This document shows, piece after piece, positions 48,315-57,241 of a stretch of 64,000 nt of DNA. The notes below the pieces were generated by a model. It was not told the DNA's origin, ran no database searches, and was given only the letters and a program-made list of their open reading frames with translations. The position numbers and the translations under genes are program-made. Positions within the stretch are counted from its first letter, which is position 1, and each line of letters begins with the position of its first letter. Origin of the DNA: an uncultured Acidimicrobiales bacterium (GTDB lineage: Bacteria > Actinomycetota > Acidimicrobiia > Acidimicrobiales > VFJN01). The DNA is taken from NCBI GenBank assembly GCA_963830865.1, contig CAWHNU010000011.1, positions 605,210 through 669,209 on the forward strand, given 5' to 3'.

Positions 48315-49328
48315 ATGGGACGACAGTATGTCGGGATCGATCTGCATCGGCGCCGGTCGGTGATCGTGCGGATGACCCAGGCGGGTGAGGTGCTCGACAC
48401 GGTTCGGATCGATAACGATCCGGTGGCGTTGTCGTTGGCGGTCGCCGAGGCGGGACCGGAACCTGAGGTGGTCCTGGAGGCGACCTACGGCTGGTATTGG
48501 GCCGCGGATCTGCTAGAAGCGAACGGTGCCCGGGTGCATCTGGCGCATCCGTTGGGGATGAAGGGCTTCGAGAACCGGCGGGTGAAGAACGACACCCGCG
48601 ATGCCCGGGACTTGGCGGACGTGTTGCGCATGGGCCGGCTGCCCGAAGCGTGGATCGCCCCACCGGAGCTGCGGGAGTTGCGCGAGCTGGTCCGCTATCG
48701 CGCCAAGCTCGTCGCTTTACGCTCAGGGCTCAAGGCACAGGTGCACGCCACGATCGCCAAGCTTGGCGTCCCGGTCCGGGTCACCGATCTGTTCGGCGTG
48801 GCTGGCACCGCCATGCTCGATGACCTCGAGTTGCCCGGCGCGTATGCCCATCGGGTCGGGTCGCTGCGCCATCTGATCGCCGGGTACGACAGCGAAGTGA
48901 CGAGGTTGTCGGAGATGATCGCCGGCGAGCTCGAGGGCCACACGGGCTACCAGGCGGTGCAGGCCATCTGCGGGGTCGGGCCGGTCCTGGCGGCGGTGTT
49001 CGTGGCCGAGATCGGCGACGTGACCAGGTTCCACGGTCCCCGCCAGCTGGCATCGTGGGCCGGGCTCACGCCCCGCCACCACGAGTCCGACACGACCGTG
49101 CACCGCGGGCACATCACCAAACAGGGTTCCCGGCTGGTGCGCTGGGCGGCGCTGGAAGCGGTTGCCCGCCAACGAGGCGGCACCTACCTCCAGGAGCACT
49201 ACCGGGCCCTGACCGAGCGGCGTAACAGCAAGGGCATCGCCAAGGTCGCTATCGCCCGGCGGCTGTTGCATCTCGTGTACTACGGCCTGCGAGACGGCGA
49301 GATCCGCTGCCTCGCCGAGACCGCATGA
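48315..49328 (+). CDS. IS110 family transposase (DEDD/RuvC-like N-domain + C-terminal Tnp domain)
   Basis: GGGAGG lies before ATG 48315. YVGIDLHRRRS, EATYGWYW, KNDTRDARDLA, ICGVGPVLAAVFVAEIGDVTRF, AGLTPRHHESDTTVHRGHITKQGSRLVRW. Confidence 0.9.
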   Translation: MGRQYVGIDLHRRRSVIVRMTQAGEVLDTVRIDNDPVALSLAVAEAGPEPEVVLEATYGWYWAADLLEANGARVHLAHPLGMKGFENRRVKNDTRDARDLADVLRMGRLPEAWIAPPELRELRELVRYRAKLVALRSGLKAQVHATIAKLGVPVRVTDLFGVAGTAMLDDLELPGAYAHRVGSLRHLIAGYDSEVTRLSEMIAGELEGHTGYQAVQAICGVGPVLAAVFVAEIGDVTRFHGPRQLASWAGLTPRHHESDTTVHRGHITKQGSRLVRWAALEAVARQRGGTYLQEHYRALTERRNSKGIAKVAIARRLLHLVYYGLRDGEIRCLAETA

Positions 49329-49725
49329 CCCGGTCCGGACGCAGCCAGAGCGCGAGCCCGCGCAGCGCTCTGATCCCCCACCCGGCGCGATCGCCCATCT
49401 GATTGAGCCCGCCTGGCTGCGGCCGCAACCGCTCCATGCCGAACCTCACGGCGAAGGGATGAGCAGGCACCCGGACCGGGACAGCCTCAAACACCTGATC
49501 GACACGGGTTCTGGAGACGGCCACCACGCGTCCACCCGACGCCCACATCGCCGATTCCGTCGCCGGCCTCAAGGTCGTTCGTCCTCGCTCCGCTGCGGGC
49601 GCTCCACCTTGACCCCGCCGACTCCACCGGCGCGCCCGCACCCAACCCCCCGGCCCTACGGGCCGGCGGAAACGGCCTCGACGTGGTCGACACAGCCCCT
49701 TGCCAAACCCCACTCCTTCAGGGAT
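49329..49725 (+). ncRNA. candidate bridge/seeker RNA region in the long 3' non-coding end of the IS
   Basis: 397 nt with no credible ORF. Contains CAGCGCTC (complement of the right target flank) and ATTGAGC (identical to the target across the insertion point). The assignment is inferred from published IS110-family biology. Confidence 0.3.
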
Positions 49726-49760
49726 GAGCGCTGTCAGAACGGGTGCGCCCCTCGCCGGAC

Positions 49761-50543
49761 CTACAGGCCCTGCCACGGGGGCTTGCCCCGCCACGTCTCC
49801 CGGTAGTGGTCGGCGAGCGCCAGGGCGGACGCCGCCGGCTCGTCGACCACGACCGTGACGTGGGGGTGGAGCTGGAGGGCGGACGCCGGGACCATCGCCG
49901 TCACGGGGCCCTCGACCATGCCGGACACCGCGTCCGCCTTCGCGTCGCCGAAGGCGACGAGGACGAGGTGCCGCGCCTCCAGGATGGTGCCGACCCCCTG
50001 GGTGACGACGTGGCGGGGGACCGCGTCGGGGTCCGGGAAGAAGCGGGCGTTGTCGGCCCGGGTGCGGGCGGTGAGCGTCTTGATCCGCGTCCGGGACGCC
50101 AGCGACGAGCCCGGCTCGTTGAAGGCGACGTGCCCGTCGCTGCCGATGCCCAGCAGCTGGAGGTCCACGCCGCCCGCCGCGGCGATGGCGGCCTCGTAGG
50201 CGGCGCACGCCGCCGGCAGGTCGGCCGCCGTCCCGTCGGGGCCTCGGATCGCTCCCGGGGCGACGTCGACGTGGCGCTCGAAACGATCCCCGACGAACCG
50301 GCGGTACGACTGCGGGTGGTCGGGTCCCAGGCCGACGTACTCGTCGAGCAGGAACCCGCGCACCCGGGCGAAGCTCAGCTCGCCCGCGGCGTGGCGGCGG
50401 GCCAGGTCGCGGTAGACGGCGAGCGGTGAGCTGCCCGTCGCCAGGCCCAGCACCGCGTCCGGCCGTGCCCGCACGAGCGCGGCGATCGCGCCGCCGACCA
50501 GGGCGCCGGCCTCGTCCGGGCAGCCGACGATCACGACCTCCAC
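49761..50543 (-). CDS. nagB: glucosamine-6-phosphate deaminase
   Basis: GAGGAGG lies 7 nt before GTG 50543. LGLATGSSPL, LDEYVG, LLGIGSDGHVAFNEPGSS. Confidence 0.9.
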   Translation of the reverse strand: MEVVIVGCPDEAGALVGGAIAALVRARPDAVLGLATGSSPLAVYRDLARRHAAGELSFARVRGFLLDEYVGLGPDHPQSYRRFVGDRFERHVDVAPGAIRGPDGTAADLPAACAAYEAAIAAAGGVDLQLLGIGSDGHVAFNEPGSSLASRTRIKTLTARTRADNARFFPDPDAVPRHVVTQGVGTILEARHLVLVAFGDAKADAVSGMVEGPVTAMVPASALQLHPHVTVVVDEPAASALALADHYRETWRGKPPWQGL

Positions 50544-51711
50544 GACGCGGCCTCCTCGCGGCGGTCGTCGGCGACGCGGCCGGCGGCGACGGTGGCGACC
50601 AGCCCGCCGCCGGCGTCCACCAGCACGATGTCGGCGACCGCGCCCGGGGCGATCGTGCCCCGGTCCGTCCGGCCCAGCGTGGCCGCCGGGGCCGCGCTCG
50701 CCGCGGCCAGCGCGTCGGCCAGCGGGACGCCGGCGAAGGCGACCAGGTTGCGGACCGCCCGGTCGAGCGCCAGCGTGCTGCCGGCGAGCGTCCCGTCCGG
50801 CAGGCGGACGCCGTCGTCGCCGGCCTCGGCCCACTGCGACGCCAGGCGGACCGGCCCGCCCGGCGCGCCCAGCGCCGCCACCGCGTCGGTGACCAGCGTG
50901 AGCCGGTCGCCCAGGGCGCGGGCGGCGAGGGCGACCACCGCCGGGTCGACGTGGACGCCGTCGGCGATCACGCCGACCCGCACCCGCTCGTCGGTGAGCG
51001 CCACGCCGGGCAGCCCCGGCTCGCGGTGGCCGAGCGGGACCATGGCGTTGAACAGGTGGGTGACGTAGCGGACCCCGGCGTCGATCGCGGCCCGGGACTC
51101 CGCGGCGGTGGCCGACGAGTGGCCCGCGGCCACGACGATGCCCGCCTCGGCCAGGTCGCGCACCACGCCCAGCGCCCCCGGCAGCTCGGGAGCCAGCGTC
51201 ACCAGGGCGACGCCGTCGGACCAGCCCTCGTCCGCGGGCAGCGCCGGGTCCGGCGGCACGAGCCGGTCGGCCGGGTGGGCGCCCCGGCGCTCGCGGGCGA
51301 GGAACGGCCCCTCCAGGTGGAGGCCCAGCGGCACGGCCCGCGGCCGGTCGTCCCCGGGCGGCGGTCCGCGCGCAGCGCCGCCAGCGCCCGGCGGCGCATC
51401 TCGGCCGGCCCGGTCACGATCGTCGGCAGCCACGCCGTCACGCCCCAACGCGGGAGCGCGGCCGCCACGTCCCACAGGCGCTCGGGCTCGCTCGACAGGT
51501 CGACCCCGACCGCCCCGTTGCACTGCAGGTCGACGAGCCCGGGGGCGACGAGCAGCCCGGTGGCGTCGAGCGCCGGCCCGGGCGGGCCCGGCGAGCCCGG
51601 CGGGTCGATGTGGGCGATGCGGCCGCCGGCGATCGCCACGTCGGCGCGGATCGGGCCCGCAGGCGTGAGCACCGTGCCGCCCGCGACCACGAGGTCGGGC
51701 GGCCCGGTCAC
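50531..51711 (-). CDS. nagA: N-acetylglucosamine-6-phosphate deacetylase, one frameshift near 51355
   Basis: GLVDLQCNG, then after a CCCGGGG run LGLHLEGPFL, GHSSAT, VTHLFNAM and DGVHVDP in the adjacent frame. GTG 51711 lies inside cassette copy 2. Confidence 0.8.
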
Positions 51712-51800
51712 CGGTGCACCCTTCGGGCGCACCGGTGACCGGATCGCCACTTCGTGGCGATAACACGACTGTGCTTATGGACCTCGCTTCGCTCGGTCAT
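51706..51800 (-). repeat. 95-nt structured intercistronic cassette, copy 2
   Basis: The reverse complement is 94/95 identical to 37129-37223. ATG overlaps the TGA of the ROK kinase gene, and the terminal GTGACC starts nagA. Confidence 0.9.
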
Positions 51801-52771
51801 GCCGGGTCGACGACCGGGCGGAGGTCGCCGTCGCGGTGCCGGTTCCGAGCCAGCACCGCCGCGCCCAGGGCGCCCGCGGGCACGCCGGGCGGCACCAGCG
51901 CCACCCGGTCGGCCAGGTCGATGGCGGCGAGGACCGGCGAGCGGCCGGCCCGGCGCCGCAGCGCGGCCCGGACCGCGTCGAGCAGGCCGGCGCCGGCCTC
52001 GGCCACGCCGCCCCCCAGCACGACCACCTCGGGGTCGACCGTCTGCGCCAGGAGCGCGACCGCCCCGGCCAGGTGGCCGGCCACCTCGTCGAGTAGCGCC
52101 GTCGCCGCGGGGTCGCCGCTGCCGGCCGCCGCGAGCAGCGACGCGGCCGCGGTGACCTCGCCGTCGCCGGACGGCCAGCGGGCGGCGATGGCCGCGCCCG
52201 ACGCCAGCGCCTCCAGGCAACCGCGTTGGCCGCACTCGCAGAGCGGTCCCTCCGGGTCGATCGGCAGGTGCCCGATCTCGCCCGCGGCGCCGTGGGCGCC
52301 GCGGCGGATCCGCCCGTCCAGCACGAAGCCGGCGGCCAGTCCCGTACCGACGCTCAGGTAGGCCAGGTCGCCCCGGCAGTCGAGGGCGACCGCGGCGCCG
52401 AGCGCCGCCAGGTTGACGTCGTTCTCGACCACGACGGGGGCCCCGGCGAGCTCGGCCAGGTGGTCGGCCAGCCCGACCGGGTCGGCGCCCAGCCCGAGGT
52501 TGACCGCGTGGCGCACGGTGCCCGCAGCCCGGTCGACCAGGCCGGGGACGCCGACGCCGACCGCCGCGAACCCCGCGGCACCCAGGCCGGCGGCCTCGGC
52601 CAGCTCGGCGAGCACCGCGCCGGTCGACGACAGCAGCCCGTCGCCCCCGCCCCCGGTCGGCCGGCGGACGGTGGCGAGCACGGTGCCGCTCCCCGCGTCG
52701 ACGGCGACCGCCAGCGTCTTGGTGCCGCCGACGTCGAGGCCGGCGACGACGGGCGGGGTGGGCTCAGGCAT
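51797..52771 (-). CDS. ROK family sugar (N-acetylglucosamine) kinase
   Basis: VAGLDVGGTKT, GEIGHLPIDPEGPLCECGQRGCLEA (ROK zinc motif). No HTH domain. Confidence 0.85.
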   Translation of the reverse strand: MPEPTPPVVAGLDVGGTKTLAVAVDAGSGTVLATVRRPTGGGGDGLLSSTGAVLAELAEAAGLGAAGFAAVGVGVPGLVDRAAGTVRHAVNLGLGADPVGLADHLAELAGAPVVVENDVNLAALGAAVALDCRGDLAYLSVGTGLAAGFVLDGRIRRGAHGAAGEIGHLPIDPEGPLCECGQRGCLEALASGAAIAARWPSGDGEVTAAASLLAAAGSGDPAATALLDEVAGHLAGAVALLAQTVDPEVVVLGGGVAEAGAGLLDAVRAALRRRAGRSPVLAAIDLADRVALVPPGVPAGALGAAVLARNRHRDGDLRPVVDPA

Positions 52772-53966
52772 CGCCGCGGCCCCTGTCGCCGGGCGCCCGC
52801 AGCGACAGGCCGGACTCGGCGTCGAACAGGTGGACGCTCCCCACGTCGACCGCCAGCTTCACCACGTCGCCGGGCGCCCACCCGGTGCGGGGACCGAGCC
52901 GGACCACGCCCCGGCCGCGCCGGTCCAGCACCTGGCGCCACGACGGGGACGCGTCGGGACCGGCCGCCGGCGGGGGATCGCTGAGCGCCACGTGCACCAT
53001 CGTCTCCGCACCCAGCGACTCGACCAGGTCGACGGTCGCCTCGATCACCCGGTCGGCCGGGGCGCCCGGCTCGCTGGCCACGTCGCCGAACGACTCGGGC
53101 CGGATGCCGACCGCCACCGGCCCGCCGGCGCGGTCGGGCAGGCCCGGGTGGGCCGCCACCGTCGCGGCGTCCAGCGCCAGGCGGTGGGGGCCGATCCGCA
53201 GCGCCCACCCGCCGCCTGCGGCCTCGACCGTGCCGGGCAGCAGGTTCATCGCCGGCGAGCCGATGAACGTGGCGACGAACTGGTTGACCGGCTCGTCGTA
53301 GAGCCGCTGGGGCGTGTCGACCTGCTGCAGCCGCCCGTCCCGCAGCACGGCCACCCGGGTGCCCATCGTCATGGCCTCGGTCTGGTCGTGGGTGACGTAG
53401 ACGGTGGTGACCGCCAGCTCGCGCTGGAGCCGGGCGATCTCGGCCCGCATCTCGACCCGCAGCTTGGCGTCGAGGTTCGACAGCGGCTCGTCCATGAGGA
53501 ACGCCCGGGGGTGGCGGATGATCGCCCGGCCCATCGCCACCCGCTGGCGCTGGCCGCCCGAGAGCTGCGCCGGCCGCCGGTCGAGCACCTCGGTCAGCTG
53601 CAGGACCTCCGCCACCTCCTCGACCCGCCGGGCGGCCTCGTCCCGGGGCGTCCGGGCCAGCTTGAGCGGGTAGCCGATGTTCCGGCGCACGCTCATGTGC
53701 GGGTAGAGGGCGTAGCTCTGGAACACCATGGCGATGTCCCGATCCTTCGGCTGGGCGCGGGTGACATCGCGGCCGCCGATGGCGATCGTCCCCGCCGTGA
53801 CCTCCTCCAGGCCGGCGATCATGCGCAGCAGCGTCGACTTGCCACACCCGGACGGCCCGACGAGCACCAGCAGCTCGCCGTCGGCGACGTCGAGGTCGAC
53901 GGTGTCGACGGCCGGCGTCCGCCCGTCGTAGGACTTGGTGACGCCGCGGACGGCGATGTCAGCCAC
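52764..53966 (-). CDS. sugar ABC transporter ATP-binding protein (MsiK/UgpC/MalK type)
   Basis: GPSGCGKST, LSGGQRQRVAMGRA, FLMDEPLSNLD, plus a C-terminal TOBE-like domain. Confidence 0.9.
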   Translation of the reverse strand: MADIAVRGVTKSYDGRTPAVDTVDLDVADGELLVLVGPSGCGKSTLLRMIAGLEEVTAGTIAIGGRDVTRAQPKDRDIAMVFQSYALYPHMSVRRNIGYPLKLARTPRDEAARRVEEVAEVLQLTEVLDRRPAQLSGGQRQRVAMGRAIIRHPRAFLMDEPLSNLDAKLRVEMRAEIARLQRELAVTTVYVTHDQTEAMTMGTRVAVLRDGRLQQVDTPQRLYDEPVNQFVATFIGSPAMNLLPGTVEAAGGGWALRIGPHRLALDAATVAAHPGLPDRAGGPVAVGIRPESFGDVASEPGAPADRVIEATVDLVESLGAETMVHVALSDPPPAAGPDASPSWRQVLDRRGRGVVRLGPRTGWAPGDVVKLAVDVGSVHLFDAESGLSLRAPGDRGRGDA

Positions 53967-55419
53967 GGGGGTTCCTTCCGAGGAGCAGGCGGGCGGCGGC
54001 CTCGCCGCAGGCGGGCGACGCGCCGAAGGTGGTGATGCGGGCGGCCGCGGGCGGGAGCGTGTGGCCGCCGGGCCAGCCGGTGTCGACCAGCACGGCGTCG
54101 GGGCGGGCGGTGAGCAACGTGCGCAGGGCCGCGGCCTGGGCCGGGCGCCGGGCCGCGTCGCGGGCGACGACGACGAGCGGGCGGCCGCGGGCGGCGAGCA
54201 GGGCGGCGGCCAGCGCCCGGTCGTCGCCCTCGGGCACGCAGGCGAGCGTGGCGCCGGGATCGTGGCGGCAGAGCGCGGCGGCCACGCCCGCCGGCACGGG
54301 CCCGGCCGCGATGGTGTCCGGGCGTTGCAGCTCGACCACCACCGCCCCCGTCATGGCGGCGGGCACGGCGCCGTCGACCCGCAGGGCGCGGCGGGCGGCC
54401 GCGGCCCCGAGGGCGGCGAGGTCGCCGGCCGCGGCGCCGGGCGGGGTGGGGAGCCACGCCCGCAGCCCGGCCACCCGCGTGGCGGCGTCGTGCACCCGGT
54501 CCGCCGGCAGCTCGCCGGCGTCGACCGCGGCGGTGACGGCGTCGACGCATGCGGCGACCAGGGCGTCGTCGTTGTCCGGCCCGAGGCAGCACAGGTCGGC
54601 GCCGGCCGCCAGCGCCCGGACCACCGCGTCCGGGATCCCGGCCGGGCCGCCGATGCCGCCCATGTCGAGCGCGTCGGTCACGATCAGGCCCGCGAACCCC
54701 AGCTCGGCCCGCAGCAGGCCGGTGAGGACGCGTCGGCTCACCGATGCCGGCCGCTCGCGGTCGAGCGCCGGCACCAGCAGGTGGCCGGGCATGACCGCGG
54801 CAACGCCGGCGGCGATCGCGGCCCGGAACGGCGCCAGCTCCCGGTCGTACAGCACCGCGAGCGGCGCGGTCACCGTGGGCAGGGCCACGTGCGAGTCGAC
54901 CGCCACCGCCCCGTGGCCGGGGAAGTGCTTGGCGCAGGCGGCGACGCCCGCGGCCTGGAGCCCGATCACGAAGGAGGCCGTGTGCCTGGCCACCAGGTCG
55001 GGCTCGGCGCCGAACGAGCGCACGCCGATGATCGGGTTGGTCGGGTCGCTGTTGATGTCGGCGCACGGCGCCAGGTCGAGGGTCACGCCCAGCGATCGCA
55101 GCCGGGCGCCCAGGGCGCCGGCCACCGCCGCCGTCAGCTCGACGTCGTCGGCCGCGCCGAGCGCGGCGTTGCCCGGCAGCGGGCTGCCGGCACCGGCGTC
55201 CAGGCGGGTGACGTCGCCGCCCTCCTCGTCGAGCGCCAGGACCGCCGGCGCCACGGCCTCGGCCACCGCCGCCACGTCGGCGTCGCGGTTCGACCCGTAC
55301 AGGCACACGCCGCCCAGCCCGCCGGCGGCGCGGCGCACCAGCCAGTCCGGGACCGCCTCGCCCGGGAACGACGCCAGCAGCGTCCCCGCCGCGGCCTGGC
55401 GCAGGGTCCGTGCGGTCAT
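53959..55419 (-). CDS. glycoside hydrolase family 3 (beta-N-acetylhexosaminidase-like)
   Basis: ATGA overlap with the permease gene. ALDEEGGDVTRL, ADINSDPTNPIIGVRSFG, KHFPGHG, IVTDALDM. Confidence 0.85.
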   Translation of the reverse strand: MTARTLRQAAAGTLLASFPGEAVPDWLVRRAAGGLGGVCLYGSNRDADVAAVAEAVAPAVLALDEEGGDVTRLDAGAGSPLPGNAALGAADDVELTAAVAGALGARLRSLGVTLDLAPCADINSDPTNPIIGVRSFGAEPDLVARHTASFVIGLQAAGVAACAKHFPGHGAVAVDSHVALPTVTAPLAVLYDRELAPFRAAIAAGVAAVMPGHLLVPALDRERPASVSRRVLTGLLRAELGFAGLIVTDALDMGGIGGPAGIPDAVVRALAAGADLCCLGPDNDDALVAACVDAVTAAVDAGELPADRVHDAATRVAGLRAWLPTPPGAAAGDLAALGAAAARRALRVDGAVPAAMTGAVVVELQRPDTIAAGPVPAGVAAALCRHDPGATLACVPEGDDRALAAALLAARGRPLVVVARDAARRPAQAAALRTLLTARPDAVLVDTGWPGGHTLPPAAARITTFGASPACGEAAARLLLGRNPRG

Positions 55420-56232
55420 CCCTTCACCGCCCCGGCGGTCAGGCCCGACGCCACCCGGCGGTGGACCAGCAGGAAGAACACGATCACCGGCAGCGTGATC
55501 AGCACCGAGCCGGCCATCACGCCGCCCCAGTCGGTCCCCCGGGCGCCGAAGTTGAAGGCCTGGAGCCACACCGGCAGTGTCTCGCGCTCGGGCCGGTCCA
55601 TGATCACCAGGGCGAAGGTGAACTCGTTCCAGGCCTGGATGAAGGCGAAGATGCCGGTGGCCACCAGCCCCGGCGCCACCAGCGGCAGCGTGACCGTGAA
55701 GAACGCCCGCATCTTGCTGGAGCCGTCGACCATCGCGGCCTCCTCCAGCTCGCGGGGCACCCCGCCCACGAAGCCCCGCAGCGTCCACACGGTGAACGGC
55801 AGCACGAAGGCCACGTACGTGATGGTCAGGCCGACGATCGAGTTGCGCAGGTCCCAGCCCTCCAGCACGCGGACCACCGAGATCATCAGCGCCTCGGCCG
55901 GGACCATCTGCACCAGCAGCACGACCACGAGGAACATCACCCGGCCCCGGAACCGGAAGCGCGACACGGCCAGGGCGGCGAGGAACGCCGTGAACAGCGC
56001 GAACACGACGGTCAGCGTCGTGACCTGCAGGCTGTTGGCGAACGACGACCAGAAGTGGTCCCGCTCGAACACCGACCGGTAGTTCTCCAACGTCGCCGAT
56101 CGGGAGGAACCGGGGCGCCGTGCGGATCTGGCTGTTGGGCCGGAACGACGTCACGAACATCCAGTAGACGGGGAAGGCGACCACCGCCATCACGGCCAGG
56201 GCGAGCACGTTCCACGGCCAGCGGCGGCGCAT
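55416..56232 (-). CDS. carbohydrate ABC transporter permease, one frameshift near 56093
   Basis: MRRRWPWNVLALAVMAVVAFPVYWMFVTSF then shifts to TLENYRSVFERDHFW... EAA motif region EEAAMVDGSSKMRAFFTVTLPL. Confidence 0.8.
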
Positions 56233-57206
56233 CACACCTCCTCCTGGCGGAACATCTGGCGCAGGTGGATCAGCGTGGCGAGCAGCGTGATGCCGACCAT
56301 GACCAGCGCCACGGCCGCGCCCCGCCCGAAGTCGTTCCCCGCGGAGGTGCGGTAGGCGTAGACGCCGAGCGTGTTGGTCTCGCGGTTGATGCCGCCGGCC
56401 TGCTGGAGCACGTAGACCTGGGTGAACACCCGCAGGTCCCACAGGGTGCTGAGCGCCGCCAGCACCACGAAGATCGGCTTGAGCGCGGGCCACGTCACGT
56501 CCCGGAAGCGCTGCCACGGGCCGGCGCCGTCGATGGCGGCCGCCTCCATGACCTCGCCGGGGATCTGGGTCATGCCGGCGTACAGCAGGAACGCCACGAA
56601 GGGCACGCCCATCCACACGACGATCAGCGTGGCCACGAAGTAGAACGACAGCGGGCTGCTGAGCCACGAGTGGCCCTCGAAGTCGCCGCCCAGCCGGGTG
56701 AGCAGCCAGTTCACCACCCCGTAGCGGGGGTCGAAGATCCACTGCCACACGATGGTGGCGGTCAGCGCCGGGGTGGCCCAGGCGAACAGCAGCGCCACCG
56801 ACAGGGCGGCGCGCATCACGGTCCCCAGCCGGGCGAGGAGCAGCGCCACCAGCGTCCCCAGCACGAGCGTCAGAGCGACGCTCACGGCGCAGAACACGAG
56901 CGAGCGCCGCAGGACGTCCCAGAAGTAGGAGTCGCCGAAGATCGACGCGAAGTTGTCGCCGCCGACATAGGGGGCGGGGGCGCCGAACTGCTGGCGCATG
57001 CCGAACTCCTGGGTCGACATGACGACCAGGCGCACCAGCGGGTAGCCCAGGCCGGCACCCAGCGCCACCAGCGCCGGCACCAGCAGGGCGTAGGGCAGGA
57101 GCCCCGCCCGCCTGTGGCGGGGCAGGCGGGCGGGGCGGTCGGGCCGCCGCCCGTCCGGGAGGGAGGGCGGGGCGCCGGTTCCCTCCTCGGACAGGACGGC
57201 GGTCAT
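56232..57206 (-). CDS. carbohydrate ABC transporter permease
   Basis: MEAAAIDGAGPWQRFRDVTWPALKP (EAA loop). Six TM segments. Confidence 0.9.
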   Translation of the reverse strand: MTAVLSEEGTGAPPSLPDGRRPDRPARLPRHRRAGLLPYALLVPALVALGAGLGYPLVRLVVMSTQEFGMRQQFGAPAPYVGGDNFASIFGDSYFWDVLRRSLVFCAVSVALTLVLGTLVALLLARLGTVMRAALSVALLFAWATPALTATIVWQWIFDPRYGVVNWLLTRLGGDFEGHSWLSSPLSFYFVATLIVVWMGVPFVAFLLYAGMTQIPGEVMEAAAIDGAGPWQRFRDVTWPALKPIFVVLAALSTLWDLRVFTQVYVLQQAGGINRETNTLGVYAYRTSAGNDFGRGAAVALVMVGITLLATLIHLRQMFRQEEV

Positions 57207-57241
57207 GGTTTCGTCAGGGTGTCAGACCGTCAGGGTGTCGG

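Larger units (their letters stand above)
48216..49725 (+). mobile_element. IS110-family insertion sequence, IS1111 subgroup layout (about 1.51 kb)
   Basis: Bounded by the two halves of a REP-like unit. Subterminal inverted repeats TGAAGGAGCGGGG (48223-48235) and CCCCACTCCTTCA (49708-49720). Single DEDD transposase ORF. Confidence 0.8.

Noticed and set aside
49459-49806. A 115-aa ORF inside the IS 3' end that reads across the IS/target junction.
   Set aside because: Its composition is Arg/Pro/His-rich. It crosses the element boundary into the nagB 3' region and has no SD. It is better explained as non-coding, with a possible guide-RNA region.
37129-51800. The two inverted 95-nt cassette copies could be the terminal inverted repeats of a 14.6-kb composite mobile unit enclosing the decayed zone and the IS.
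   Set aside because: Each copy sits in frame inside a different intact operon junction with its own apparent TGACC duplication, so these look like two independent insertions. No transposase lies next to either end, and the enclosed genes are ordinary chromosomal genes. The copies could still serve as a substrate for inversion, but nothing in the sequence shows that this happened.
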